Counted from the first letter of the stretch, positions 37,681 to 47,034 are shown. The stretch: DNA of 64,000 bases from an uncultured Verrucomicrobiae bacterium (GCA_963837955.1 CAWIPH010000002.1:4352001-4416000); one strand, 5' to 3'. The notes: a model not told the origin generated them from the letters alone. Numbers and translations: made by a program.

Positions 37681-38088
37681 ATGGGCAAAACATCCTTCTC
37701 GTTGGTCCTACCCATTTTGCTTCACGCATCGGTGTACGGCCAAGGCCTCGAATATTGGCAATCTATTGAAACACCGGGTTCCGTACCTGGCATATTCATT
37801 TCCGGATTAAACACTCGGATTCTGCGCCAGATCATAGAGGCCTACCAGGAACTCCCGGCAACAGTTTGGAAACGGCTGGTTGAAGTCCGGACCGAGAGCG
37901 GACGCCTCATTGGTTTGTACCTCGTCTTCAATCTTCACGGGTCCTATTTTTCTTACAACCCCTCGCGCGGCAGTCAGCGAATTTGGCCAAATGCCAGGTC
38001 AGCTGACTCCCTGGCTCGGGCCACTAATCCTGGAGTGACTGTTACCGGATCTTTCGTGGACGCTCCCAGAACGTTAGCGGCGGAATAA
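37681..38088 (+). CDS. Small exported protein, distant paralog of the upstream ORF
   Basis: Signal peptide; shares the W.RL..V...YLV...S...G.Q...LAR...P pattern. Confidence 0.55.
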   Translation: MGKTSFSLVLPILLHASVYGQGLEYWQSIETPGSVPGIFISGLNTRILRQIIEAYQELPATVWKRLVEVRTESGRLIGLYLVFNLHGSYFSYNPSRGSQRIWPNARSADSLARATNPGVTVTGSFVDAPRTLAAE

Positions 38089-38106
38089 GCAAAAAATCGC
38101 AGCCGA

Positions 38107-38138
38107 ATCGTGCTCGTCGTCGTGCTCGTCCTCGAAAG
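38107..38138. repeat. TCGTGC/TCGTCC-family intergenic repeat
   Basis: 31/32 identical to 16946-16977. Confidence 0.8.
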
Positions 38139-38309
38139 CGCCCAGAACGATCGGGCAAAAACTTGAATTCGCACGCTTGTCGCGCCGTAGGCCTGGCGAA
38201 GGCAGAAGCCTGCGCCGCCGCCAGCTGCGCGGGCTTTTCGCCAAGCCCCCTGATACGGCGCGTCAAAAGCGGCGCCGACTGCGGCCCGGCTAGGTGCACC
38301 TGCCGAAGA

Positions 38310-38450
38310 GCGGGGAGGGATCGCGTCCTCGCGATCCGCGGCGCACGAGGATCCGACGTCGCCTCAAGTATTCTGCACCAGGCATCCGAAAGGGCTATGT
38401 CGGACAGGCTGTGCGCCCTCCCCTCCGGAGGCGAGAACCAGACGTCGGCC
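38310..38450 (+). repeat. About 140-bp REP/MITE-like element, copy 2
   Basis: Inverted near-copy of 21190-21333. Confidence 0.88.
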
Positions 38451-38561
38451 AAATGTCGCCCCCTCTTTTGGGGACTGATCAAGAGCTTCCATATATTCAC
38501 GCATATTCGCGGCCGCGGGCTTTGTGGCGGCCAGACGTTCGGGATACGCACGTCCTCAAAG

Positions 38562-39422
38562 CTAGCCAGGGCGCGCCGTGGCTTGCAAAGCTGGCGTCGG
38601 CATCAGTGTTTCCTCGGGCGGGCGTTGCGATATCTTCGTCATTAAAGATAACATCTCCGCCAGGCAGACCCCGGCTACGATCGATGCTCGATCGAGCGCG
38701 TCGGCCGCCGACGCGGCCTGGCCGCTCTGCAGTCGCGAGATTCCAAGGTTGAGATGCCGGAGAATGGAGTGGAACCACTGAAGCGCAAGATTGAATTGCT
38801 CGGCAGGCGGCAGTTTGTCCGCCTTCTCCAATCGCTCGACCTTAGCGACATAGGCTCCATGCAGAGAAACCAGACAACACCGGCAAAAGAGCAGGAGGAA
38901 TTCCTGAGTTTCCGTGATGGTCAGGACCTTGGCATTCGCCAAGCCCGCCACGACCCAGAGAATCGGTTTGTCGTAATAGGCGAAATAAATCTCAATCGCG
39001 CCGCGACAATCGTGTGCCTTCAGTTCACCACGCGCTGCAGGGTCGGATTTAAACGACCGGAGCGATCGGTGTAGGGTAAGCCGGAGATTGTCGGACGGCG
39101 CGGCCAAGATCACATCGAGCTCGGATTTGGCTTCGCCAATAATTGGTCCTCGGGCGATGACACCGTCAACCAATGAAATGGGACTTCGTTCGTGGAGCTG
39201 CCGATCCGGCTGCCAGCAATAACCGAACAAAACGGGGCTCTCGACGAAGTGGGCCAGCGTTTTGATAAACGCGTCGATGCAGGCATCAACCGTAAACTGC
39301 GGCGTCGCGTGCTTTACAAATAGGTTAACGGCCGCCGCCAGTTGACGAATGTCCAGCGTTTGATCTTTCGAGGAGTCCGCGCTCATGCCAATAGGGTATT
39401 GCGGAAACTCTTCTAACCCCAA
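38562..39422 (-). CDS. Hypothetical protein (possible GAF-like domain plus helical C-terminus)
   Basis: 286-aa ORF with natural composition, co-oriented just downstream of the TonB receptor; no family recognised. Confidence 0.5.
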   Translation of the reverse strand: MGLEEFPQYPIGMSADSSKDQTLDIRQLAAAVNLFVKHATPQFTVDACIDAFIKTLAHFVESPVLFGYCWQPDRQLHERSPISLVDGVIARGPIIGEAKSELDVILAAPSDNLRLTLHRSLRSFKSDPAARGELKAHDCRGAIEIYFAYYDKPILWVVAGLANAKVLTITETQEFLLLFCRCCLVSLHGAYVAKVERLEKADKLPPAEQFNLALQWFHSILRHLNLGISRLQSGQAASAADALDRASIVAGVCLAEMLSLMTKISQRPPEETLMPTPALQATARPG

Positions 39423-39470
39423 TCTTCACCAGAGTCCAACTACAGCAACTCCGAGGCCCGGCTTAGTTGC

Positions 39471-42431
39471 TTAGAACTTCCTCTCCAACTCAACGTAGAA
39501 GTATCTGCCTATTGGATTGGCGGTTTGCGCATCATATCCCTGGAAGTTGTCCGCGAATGGCGGCGCAGCATCGAACAAATTATTGATGCCAAAGGTGACC
39601 GTCGTTCCAGCCAGGCATTGCCTGATTCCAGCACTTGAACGGTCCGGCTTCGACGAAATAGCAGCTTCGTCCGTTAACCTCTTTCCCTCTTTGGAATATC
39701 CCGGAGCTGGCGTCTCCGGCGTAATCTCCTCTGCTTTGCCAAACTCGTAAGAGATCTGCCAATCGAGCGTGGTGAAGCTTCCGACGCGGTGCACCAGACC
39801 ATTCGGCTGAACGCTGGCATTGGGCAGGACTCCTTTGTAGTTGTCCAGCAGATCGTGCTCCGAGTCAGTGTAGTTCAGGGTGAGACCTGTCTTGAAGGTG
39901 TCCGCGCCACATAACGTTTTTGTGTAGAACATGCTGGCCACCAGTTTTGCGTCAGGCAACGTGTAGCTGTCGTCTTGCGGAAGCACTGGACTAGGCCGGA
40001 GCTTAATCGACCCGAATCCCGGAATCGCCGCACTACTAGAGTTAATCTGCTGCACCGCGTGATTGTAAATGTAGGTAAAGTCCGCTTCCAAATCGAGCTT
40101 ACCCCAGAAATACTCTTTGCTTTGGTAGCTGGCGCCGAAGGTTATTCCGTCAACGAGAACGGCACCCACATTCACAAACGGATCATTGACGTATTTAATC
40201 GACCCGTTAGGCAAACGCACAATGAGACCAGGAAATTGATCTTCTTGATTCAGCAACTGTTGGGCATCTAAGAGACTGATTTGGTTTCTCTTGACGATCT
40301 GAAACCAGGCCAGATTGGCAGTAAAGCCATTCGCCCAACCCCACCAGCTGCGTTCGGGATCAACTGAACCCGGCGACCAAACCACATCGGCGAAATAGCC
40401 ATAGGAGGTTTCGGCCTTCAGGTGTGGGTTTCCGGATGTGCGTGTTTCGTAACTAGCCGCACCTAAGCCGGGGTTCTTGGGATCAACGAGATTCTGGAAG
40501 GCATAAGAGGTGCCGCTGTACAGCTCGCTGAGGGAAGGGGCTCGAAATCCTTCGGAATAAGTGGCGCGCAAGGTTAAGTCATCAAAAGGTTTGTACAAAA
40601 ACGCGAATTTTGGCTTAGCGGCCGAACCGAAATCACTGTAATCATCGTATCGCTCCGCCACTATGATCTGCATAGATCGAGCGCCCGGCCAAGACCATTG
40701 CTGGCCGAGAATCGGAATAGACAGCTCGGCGTAGCCACTCTTTAAGTACCGTTTTCCACCTCCATTGATCGCAGCCCCGCCGCCGACAACGTCGAAGCTT
40801 TTGGTGTACTGGTCTACGCGTGAGATGTAATCGTCGCTCCGGTATTCCGCACCTAACCCGAGCGTCACAGGGCCACCAGGTAGATCGATAATTTCACCAC
40901 CGCCACGGAGCGCCCAGGTAGTCAAGCTGCTCCGTACTTTCTGGAACTGCGAGATCCTGATCGCATCTGCCAACCGGCCGTTTGGATTTCCCACAACGCC
41001 TTGATCTACGAACGGATTATAAAACTGCCCGACAAATCCTGGTAAGGTTCCAGCCAACGCCGCGTTCAGTTTGCTGTCCGAAACTTCATTCGCTCCTCGA
41101 GCGTCAGCGTCACTTTCCGCATAAAGAAAACTCATGTCGATTGACCAGTTCTTTGGTAGAAACAAAGTCGCGCCAGTAACGGTTCGAACGGTTTCGATCG
41201 TTGCGTCCTGTTCTTGTGGTCCGACCTCCGAGAGCGTTTGTCCCAGAGGCTGGAGAGCCACGCCGAAAGGATTATACGGATTATTCGCCGGTATCGTAAT
41301 CGGATCAGCCTGGGTCGGCTGCGAAGCGGAGTATTGGTTCTTCTCCTCATTCCGCTGGTACGAGAATTCTTCGTACAATTTGATCCAGTTCGTGGGTTCG
41401 TATTTGAGCTTTAGATATCCTCCGAACCGTCGCTCCCGAGGAATTAACTGTACGTAATTGAGATCGAACAGCGAGTTCGGTGGACCGTTTACGACAAAAT
41501 TATTTGCCGCTATCTTTGGCCCCTTGGTCCCTGGGACGACCGTGTACGTGTTACCGGCGGCATCACCAAAATAGCCGGCAGTACCATCGGTCAAGGCCTG
41601 ATCGTAATAGGACCCGAACTGCGAATGCTGCAAATTACGGCCATAAGATCGGTCGGCCTGCATGACCGGGCCTTGTTCATAATAGTCGAAAGTGGCCAGC
41701 ACGCTGAACTTGGATGTGTCACTAAACTTGTCTACAAATCCGGTTACGGCTGACGCGTGATTCACTTCGTAGTCGCCTCTTTGGCTTATTCCATAGTAGA
41801 ACCGCAAATCGGCGCCCTGGTATTCATCCTTCAAAATGATATTTACGACTCCGGCCACTGCATCGGAGCCGTAGATCGCGCTAGCTCCATCTTTCAGAAC
41901 CTCGATCCTATCGACTGCAGCGAGCGGGATAGAATTTAGATCGACGAAATTTTGCGTGCCAAACTGAGCAAACGGATAGGCCGCCTGCCGGCGACCGTCG
42001 ATGAGTACAAGCGTAGAGTTCGCTCCCAGTCCATAAAGATTTACGGACGACCCGCCTTCCGCAGTGCTATTTCCGGCGTTAAGGGCTGGAGTAAAGCTCG
42101 CAAAGTTTTCCGGTATCCGTTGGAGGACGTCGGCGACCGTCTGATCGCCTTGTCTTTTGATAAATTCCTGGTCGAGAGTCGTCACTGGCTGAGGCCCATC
42201 GCCGATGTGAGGCACGATATACCCGGTAACCGTTACCTTTGGCAATTGGCTCTTCTCATTTTGTGGAGTTGGGAGTCCGGTCGGGCTCGGAGATGTGCTG
42301 GGAGTAGTCTGAGCTGCGAGCCTTGGGGTTTCGCAGAACAGCAACACGCCGGCAACCAGCCTCAAAAAAACAAAGAGCGTGACCGCCTTCCGACGCACCT
42401 GGAAATATTCCATTGGGGGCTGACCGTTCAT
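39471..42431 (-). CDS. TonB-dependent receptor
   Basis: VTVTG TonB box, TLVLIDGRR, RIEVLKDGASAIYGSDAVAGVVNIIL, terminal GRYFYVELERKF. Confidence 0.93.
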   Translation of the reverse strand: MNGQPPMEYFQVRRKAVTLFVFLRLVAGVLLFCETPRLAAQTTPSTSPSPTGLPTPQNEKSQLPKVTVTGYIVPHIGDGPQPVTTLDQEFIKRQGDQTVADVLQRIPENFASFTPALNAGNSTAEGGSSVNLYGLGANSTLVLIDGRRQAAYPFAQFGTQNFVDLNSIPLAAVDRIEVLKDGASAIYGSDAVAGVVNIILKDEYQGADLRFYYGISQRGDYEVNHASAVTGFVDKFSDTSKFSVLATFDYYEQGPVMQADRSYGRNLQHSQFGSYYDQALTDGTAGYFGDAAGNTYTVVPGTKGPKIAANNFVVNGPPNSLFDLNYVQLIPRERRFGGYLKLKYEPTNWIKLYEEFSYQRNEEKNQYSASQPTQADPITIPANNPYNPFGVALQPLGQTLSEVGPQEQDATIETVRTVTGATLFLPKNWSIDMSFLYAESDADARGANEVSDSKLNAALAGTLPGFVGQFYNPFVDQGVVGNPNGRLADAIRISQFQKVRSSLTTWALRGGGEIIDLPGGPVTLGLGAEYRSDDYISRVDQYTKSFDVVGGGAAINGGGKRYLKSGYAELSIPILGQQWSWPGARSMQIIVAERYDDYSDFGSAAKPKFAFLYKPFDDLTLRATYSEGFRAPSLSELYSGTSYAFQNLVDPKNPGLGAASYETRTSGNPHLKAETSYGYFADVVWSPGSVDPERSWWGWANGFTANLAWFQIVKRNQISLLDAQQLLNQEDQFPGLIVRLPNGSIKYVNDPFVNVGAVLVDGITFGASYQSKEYFWGKLDLEADFTYIYNHAVQQINSSSAAIPGFGSIKLRPSPVLPQDDSYTLPDAKLVASMFYTKTLCGADTFKTGLTLNYTDSEHDLLDNYKGVLPNASVQPNGLVHRVGSFTTLDWQISYEFGKAEEITPETPAPGYSKEGKRLTDEAAISSKPDRSSAGIRQCLAGTTVTFGINNLFDAAPPFADNFQGYDAQTANPIGRYFYVELERKF

Positions 42432-42434
42432 CAG

Positions 42435-42520
42435 TTGAGAGACCGAGGTTAACTGTCACCTAGACGAATGCAGTCTGAAAATAGTGACAATTTTGTCACT
42501 TTCGTCAAGCAGGCGCGATC
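42435..42520. repeat. Palindromic intergenic element, copy 1; possible promoter/operator of the TonB receptor
   Basis: gtcacctagac..gcagtctgaaaa.agtgacaa-tt-ttgtcactttcg..aagcaggcgcg, repeated at 43790 and 45465. Confidence 0.85.
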
Positions 42521-42640
42521 CTGCAATTTTGACCATATAACGGTCCGATTCCGGAGGGGTTTGCCGCCAGTTTGTGCAGGAAAAAACGTTCGATCTCACC
42601 GGGGAAACCCTTGCGCCGGCACTGTAGTTCTGGCCTAATC

Positions 42641-43765
42641 ATGCCTCGTGCGAGAAGGGGTATCGAACTGATCAGACCTCTAAACAAATTATTCCTCCTC
42701 CTGACCGTTGCGGCACTGGTAGTGGCCTTTTTTCTTGTCAGTTCCGCACTGGCTCAAGAATCGGTCGAGTTCACTCTGCCCGTGATTAACATCGGGGATC
42801 GTAAGGCAGAGCTTGTCGCCGGGACCGGAACCTCTGATGGCCGTCTCGCGTTGGCCTGGACGCTGCGGCCGCTGAAAGACGCTGAGCCGGTGGATTGGAA
42901 CATGCTCGAGAAGGATCGTCCGAAATTTCGTGAGAACTACTCCGATGAGGACAAATATTTCGTCGAAATTCTGGTCGTCGATGCCGCCAACAAGAAAAGC
43001 CTGGCGACACTCAAGCTCGCCGAGTCCTGGTCCCTTCCCGGCTTTGGCCATGAATCATTGGTAGCTCGCTGGGGACCGCCCGACCCGGACGGCCACCGCT
43101 TTGCGATTGTCAATTGCGACCGCAAATGGAGCCCTCAAGATCTTATTCTTCTTGATGCAAACGGAGACGCGGTTTCGCAGAGAAGTTTGCTCGCGCCATT
43201 GGATGAAGCTGTTCAAAAATTTGTCGCGAAAGAAAATCGAGGACGAAAGGCACCCGCCGCCAAAGATTACATCGTGGAATATCCGATTTTCGATCTCCCG
43301 GAAATTGGACGCCAGAACGGTTTTTCTGATCACAACAATCTGTGGCTGCCATTTAGCGCTCTCATTCCGAAGTCGGAGCAAGACCCTGCTTACGGCGGCG
43401 TCTTGCAATTGAAACTTGCCCGCCTGCCGGATGGACCGACCGCAACAATTCAAGGATCGCCGGTTCGACATACCGGGGAGGATGAAGAGCAGGTCAGCAC
43501 CGACGCGCGTTTTCTCGACGCGGACCGCCGGCTGAACCAAGTCTATCAGGCGCTGCGCACCCGCCTCTCGCCGTCGGAGCGTGATCGGCTAAAACAGGAG
43601 CAGCGCGCCTGGATCAATCAACGTGATGCCGCGGCCCAATCGGCTAACGGAAAAGCTCAGGAGGCTTCGCTCGAGAACCCGACGGCCATCACCGATCGCG
43701 AGTTGGTGAAGATCACCCAAGCTCGGACAGCCGAGTTGGAACAATGGCTAAACAAAGTGAAGTAG
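42641..43765 (+). CDS. Exported protein with a C-terminal LprI/DUF1311 (lysozyme-inhibitor-like) domain
   Basis: Signal/TM segment; ADRRLNQVYQALR...LKQEQRAWINQRD...RTAEL. Confidence 0.8.
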   Translation: MPRARRGIELIRPLNKLFLLLTVAALVVAFFLVSSALAQESVEFTLPVINIGDRKAELVAGTGTSDGRLALAWTLRPLKDAEPVDWNMLEKDRPKFRENYSDEDKYFVEILVVDAANKKSLATLKLAESWSLPGFGHESLVARWGPPDPDGHRFAIVNCDRKWSPQDLILLDANGDAVSQRSLLAPLDEAVQKFVAKENRGRKAPAAKDYIVEYPIFDLPEIGRQNGFSDHNNLWLPFSALIPKSEQDPAYGGVLQLKLARLPDGPTATIQGSPVRHTGEDEEQVSTDARFLDADRRLNQVYQALRTRLSPSERDRLKQEQRAWINQRDAAAQSANGKAQEASLENPTAITDRELVKITQARTAELEQWLNKVK

Positions 43766-43789
43766 CACCAAGGCGTCTGGGACCATGAT

Positions 43790-43875
43790 TTGAGAACCGA
43801 AGTTAGGGGTCACCTAGACAAAACGCAGTCTGAAAACAGTGACAATATTGTCGCTTTCGCCAAGCAGGCGCGGTT
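43790..43875. repeat. Palindromic intergenic element, copy 2
   Basis: ttgagaaccgaagttaggggtcacctagacaaaacgcagtctgaaaacagtgacaatattgtcgctttcgccaagcaggcgcgg. Confidence 0.85.
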
Positions 43876-43982
43876 CTGAAACTATACCCATACCTTGGGT
43901 CTCGCGACGGACTCTTCTGTTTCAGCACTTGATCGCCAGACGTTCCGGCGATTGAGGCTCTGGGCCAATCTCGCAAGGAAAT

Positions 43983-44010
43983 TGTCCTGAACGTCGCCCC
44001 CTCGTTCGTC
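43983..44010 (+). promoter_or_regulatory. Possible ECF-sigma promoter (TGTC...N17...CGTC) upstream of the DUF899 gene
   Basis: tgtcctg-aacgtcgccccctcgtt-cgtc resembles the ECF41-type TGTC/CGTC consensus; AGGAG RBS at 44049-44053. Confidence 0.4.
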
Positions 44011-44059
44011 GTGTTATTGAAATCCAGATCACCCAATCCATAACACGTAGGAGAACCCC

Positions 44060-44836
44060 ATGATTGTCTACCCTACCCCCGAAAGCCTCGAGCATCACCC
44101 GGTTGTTCCCCGCGACCGATGGCTCATTGCTCGCGCGGAACTCTTGAAGGAGGAGAAAGAATTCACCCGCTTGCGGGATAAGATCAACGCCCAGCGGCGC
44201 GATCTACCCTGGGTTCGCGTCGAGAAGAACTACGTCTTCCACACCCCGAACGGCCCGCGGACGCTGGCAGATCTGTTCGAGGGCCGCAGCCAGTTGCTCG
44301 TAAAGCATTTCATGTTCGCTCCCGGATGGAAGGCGGGTTGCGTAGGCTGTTCGTTTGACGTCGACCATATCGAAGGGGCTCTCGTGCACCTCGAGCATCA
44401 CGACGTGACATGTGTAGCGGTCTCACGCGCCACACTAGCCGAGATCGAAGCTTTCAAGCAGCGCATGGGCTGGCGCATTCCGTGGGTGTCTTCGTTCGGC
44501 AGCGACTTCAACTACGATTATCAGGTGTCGTTCACTAAGGCGCAAATCGAAGGCAAGGCCTACCACAACTACAAAATGCAAGAAGTCGAAATCGAGGAAA
44601 TGTCCGGCCTGAGCGTGTTCTACAAGAACGTGGCCGGCGACGTTTTCCATACCTATTCGACCTACGGTCGCGGGGCGGAAGAACTGGTCAGCGCATACGT
44701 GTGCTTGGATCTGACGCCCAAGGGTCGCAACGAGACCGGTCCCGGATTCAACCTGGGCGACTGGGTACGGCACCATGACCGGTACGACGACGACGATTTC
44801 GATTTCACGGAACCGTACGAGCCGGCCAAAGCTTAG
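44060..44836 (+). CDS. DUF899 family thioredoxin-like protein
   Basis: EKEFTRLRD, LADLFEGRSQL, HFMF, CVGCS, HTYSTYGRG, DLTPKGRNE and WVRHHDRY motifs. Confidence 0.92.
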   Translation: MIVYPTPESLEHHPVVPRDRWLIARAELLKEEKEFTRLRDKINAQRRDLPWVRVEKNYVFHTPNGPRTLADLFEGRSQLLVKHFMFAPGWKAGCVGCSFDVDHIEGALVHLEHHDVTCVAVSRATLAEIEAFKQRMGWRIPWVSSFGSDFNYDYQVSFTKAQIEGKAYHNYKMQEVEIEEMSGLSVFYKNVAGDVFHTYSTYGRGAEELVSAYVCLDLTPKGRNETGPGFNLGDWVRHHDRYDDDDFDFTEPYEPAKA

Positions 44837-45032
44837 GACTGCAGTTCGAGCGGCGCATCGAGTCCCCGCGACAGCGGTAGTGTCGGTAAGGGGATTATCA
44901 ATGAAGCGCAGATCTATCGGCGGATAGCAGGCGGCTCCAGGGAATATTCATCGGCTTCTATGCAATCCAAGACGACCGGAAACGCGGCCGAGCGGGAACT
45001 CATTCCTTCCGAACGTCCCCGGGAGTTCGTCC

Positions 45033-45428
45033 CTACCGGGCTAACGGAGGCGGGGCCGCCTCGGAAGTCCGGGGCTTAGAGCGATGGAAAACGACTAAAA
45101 GCGCCCCGACGATCAATCCCAGCCAGAACAAGACAAAGAAAACCAGGCTTCCGACATTAATTGTATCAAGGGTGACGATCCGTTGCGCGAGCGGGACATT
45201 ATTTGAATGGAACAGGATCGAATTAACTATCGCTTGTCGGATTACGTTGACCGCTGACACGGCCAGAGTCGCTAGTGCCAGGAAAAGAAAGCCGGCGTTC
45301 CGCTGACGGATGAAACCGATTACCCAGACAATGGCGATAATAAAGAAGAAGAACAACTGCGCAGCCGGTATCAGGAAAGTTTTCAGTTCTTCCATGCGCG
45401 CTGAGTGTGAACGTTCTTCGGCCCTCAT
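45033..45428 (-). CDS. Small membrane protein (3 TM), unknown function
   Basis: Three hydrophobic segments and a Pro-rich tail. Confidence 0.6.
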   Translation of the reverse strand: MRAEERSHSARMEELKTFLIPAAQLFFFFIIAIVWVIGFIRQRNAGFLFLALATLAVSAVNVIRQAIVNSILFHSNNVPLAQRIVTLDTINVGSLVFFVLFWLGLIVGALLVVFHRSKPRTSEAAPPPLAR

Positions 45429-45464
45429 TCAAGCTCGCGGCCGAATATCAATAACGGTAATCGT

Positions 45465-45512
45465 TCTGAAAACAGTGACAATGTTGTCACTTTCGCCGTG
45501 CAGGCGCGGTCC
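45465..45512. repeat. Palindromic intergenic element, copy 3 (shorter), 25 bp from the tRNA-His 3' end
   Basis: tctgaaaacagtgacaatgttgtcactttcgccgtgcaggcgcggtcc. Confidence 0.82.
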
Positions 45513-45537
45513 GGCAGCGAACCAAAAATGAGTAGTG

Positions 45538-45610
45538 GGTGGCCGACGGGGCTCGAACCCGCAACAGCCGGAACCACAATCCGGGGCTCTACCATTGAGC
45601 TACGGCCACC
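45538..45610 (-). tRNA. tRNA-His (GUG)
   Basis: Minus strand GGTGGCCGTAGCTCAATGGTAGAGCCCCGGATTGTGGTTCCGGCTGTTGCGGGTTCGAGCCCCGTCGGCCACC folds as a cloverleaf with a GTG anticodon and G-1:C73; a full CCA is not encoded. Confidence 0.96.
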
Positions 45611-45867
45611 GCAATGAAGCGAGCCACTACCCTAACTTATCTTCTTCGTTCGCCAAGCCGATTTTCTCTGCGTCCAGGAAGAGAGAAACATTCTGTTGTA
45701 TCGAGGGGATATAGGGGCAACAGCAATTTGTTTCGATTTTCTGCGACGGTATGCTAAGAAACGGGTTTGCGATTCTCCGGAGGCCTTTCTGCTGGAGCGC
45801 ACGCCATTCAGTGAATTGTCCAAGAAACATCCGGCGTCCCGGCCCTCGCAGCGCTCTTGTCGCCGCC

Positions 45868-47019
45868 ATGGCCATCGGCTTCGTCGCTTTTTCGGCCAAG
45901 GGTCAATTTCTGACGCAGGACCACCCGGTCAGCCAAAATGAGATTCGGATCGGGATGGTTAACGCTCAGACCGGTATTTCCAACCATATCGGTCCCGAAC
46001 TCAAGCAGGGTTATGTCGCCTATTTTGCCCGAGTCAATCAGCATGGAGGCATATTTGGGCGGCAGATCCGCATCATCAGCTATGACGACCATTACGAACC
46101 TCTTGAAACGATCGCTGACACGGAAAAATTAATTAACTCCGACCGGGTGTTTGCTCTTACTGGCTATGTCGGAACCGCCAACTCGATGGCCGCTGTCTCC
46201 ATGATTAACGAGGCGGGTCTGATCTTTCTCGGACCAATGACGGGGGCGGAAGGCTTAAGAAGTCCGGTTTCTCCGATGGTATTCAACGTACGTGCAAGCT
46301 ACGCAGAGGAAATAGAATCGTTGGTGGGTTATCTGGTAGATAATTTGGGCCTGAAGCGGATTGCCGTCGTTCGCCAAAACGATAGCTTTGGTGATGATGG
46401 CCTTAAGGGTCTTATCCAGTCATTGGACAAACATGGACTCAAGTTGGCCTTGGACTGTAAATTCGTCCGGAATTCCGTGGACATGCAACCGGCGCTTGAC
46501 CAGATCGCGACTACGCACCCGGACAGCGTTATTATAATGGGGACTTTGCGTCCGATCGTTTCGCTATTAGAGCGCGCCGAGTCGACAGGCTTCCACGGTG
46601 CGAAATTTTGCACGCTGTCGACAGTTTCCCCTCAAGCATTGATCGAGGCTGCCGGAAAATCGAGCGAAGGAATGATCCTATCGGAGGTAATGCCTTCGCC
46701 GGAAGATATTTCCATACCGCTCGTGAAGAATTTTCGGACGGATATGTTGGCCAGCGGGGCAAACAGCTTCTCCCAGGTGAGTTTGGAGGGATATTTGGGA
46801 GCCATGCTGCTCGCGGACGGAATCCAGCGTGCGGGCCCAGACTTAACTGAACAACGTTGTGTCGAGGCACTGAATCAGACGGATTTGGATCTGCAGCGGC
46901 TAAAGATCGCCTGGAATCGTAACGACCACTCCGGCAGCCACGCCGTTTTTCTCGCTCAGATCAAGAACGGGAAATTGGAGTCAATCGAAAAGCTTCAACG
47001 TACCCCGGACCATCACTAA
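45868..47019 (+). CDS. LivJ-like (Peripla_BP_6) substrate-binding protein with no adjacent transporter
   Basis: RVNQHGGIFGRQI, YDDHYEP, VFALTGYVGT, FNVRASYAEE and QNDSFG motifs; start uncertain (45751 or 45868). Confidence 0.88.
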   Translation: MAIGFVAFSAKGQFLTQDHPVSQNEIRIGMVNAQTGISNHIGPELKQGYVAYFARVNQHGGIFGRQIRIISYDDHYEPLETIADTEKLINSDRVFALTGYVGTANSMAAVSMINEAGLIFLGPMTGAEGLRSPVSPMVFNVRASYAEEIESLVGYLVDNLGLKRIAVVRQNDSFGDDGLKGLIQSLDKHGLKLALDCKFVRNSVDMQPALDQIATTHPDSVIIMGTLRPIVSLLERAESTGFHGAKFCTLSTVSPQALIEAAGKSSEGMILSEVMPSPEDISIPLVKNFRTDMLASGANSFSQVSLEGYLGAMLLADGIQRAGPDLTEQRCVEALNQTDLDLQRLKIAWNRNDHSGSHAVFLAQIKNGKLESIEKLQRTPDHH

Positions 47020-47034
47020 TCAGACCTATCAAGA

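Noticed and set aside
38042..38752. Several overlapping 90-170 aa ORFs, and similar ones at 21035-21517
   Set aside because: They are translations of the GC-rich repeat element; shared peptides reflect the DNA repeat.
42435..45512. Three-copy element as integron attC sites
   Set aside because: No RYYYAAC...GTTRRRY ends, the genes have mixed orientation, and there is no intI.
45538..45610. tRNA-His as attachment site of an intact prophage or ICE
   Set aside because: No integrase and no clean duplication of the tRNA 3' end; only a weak match at 43896.
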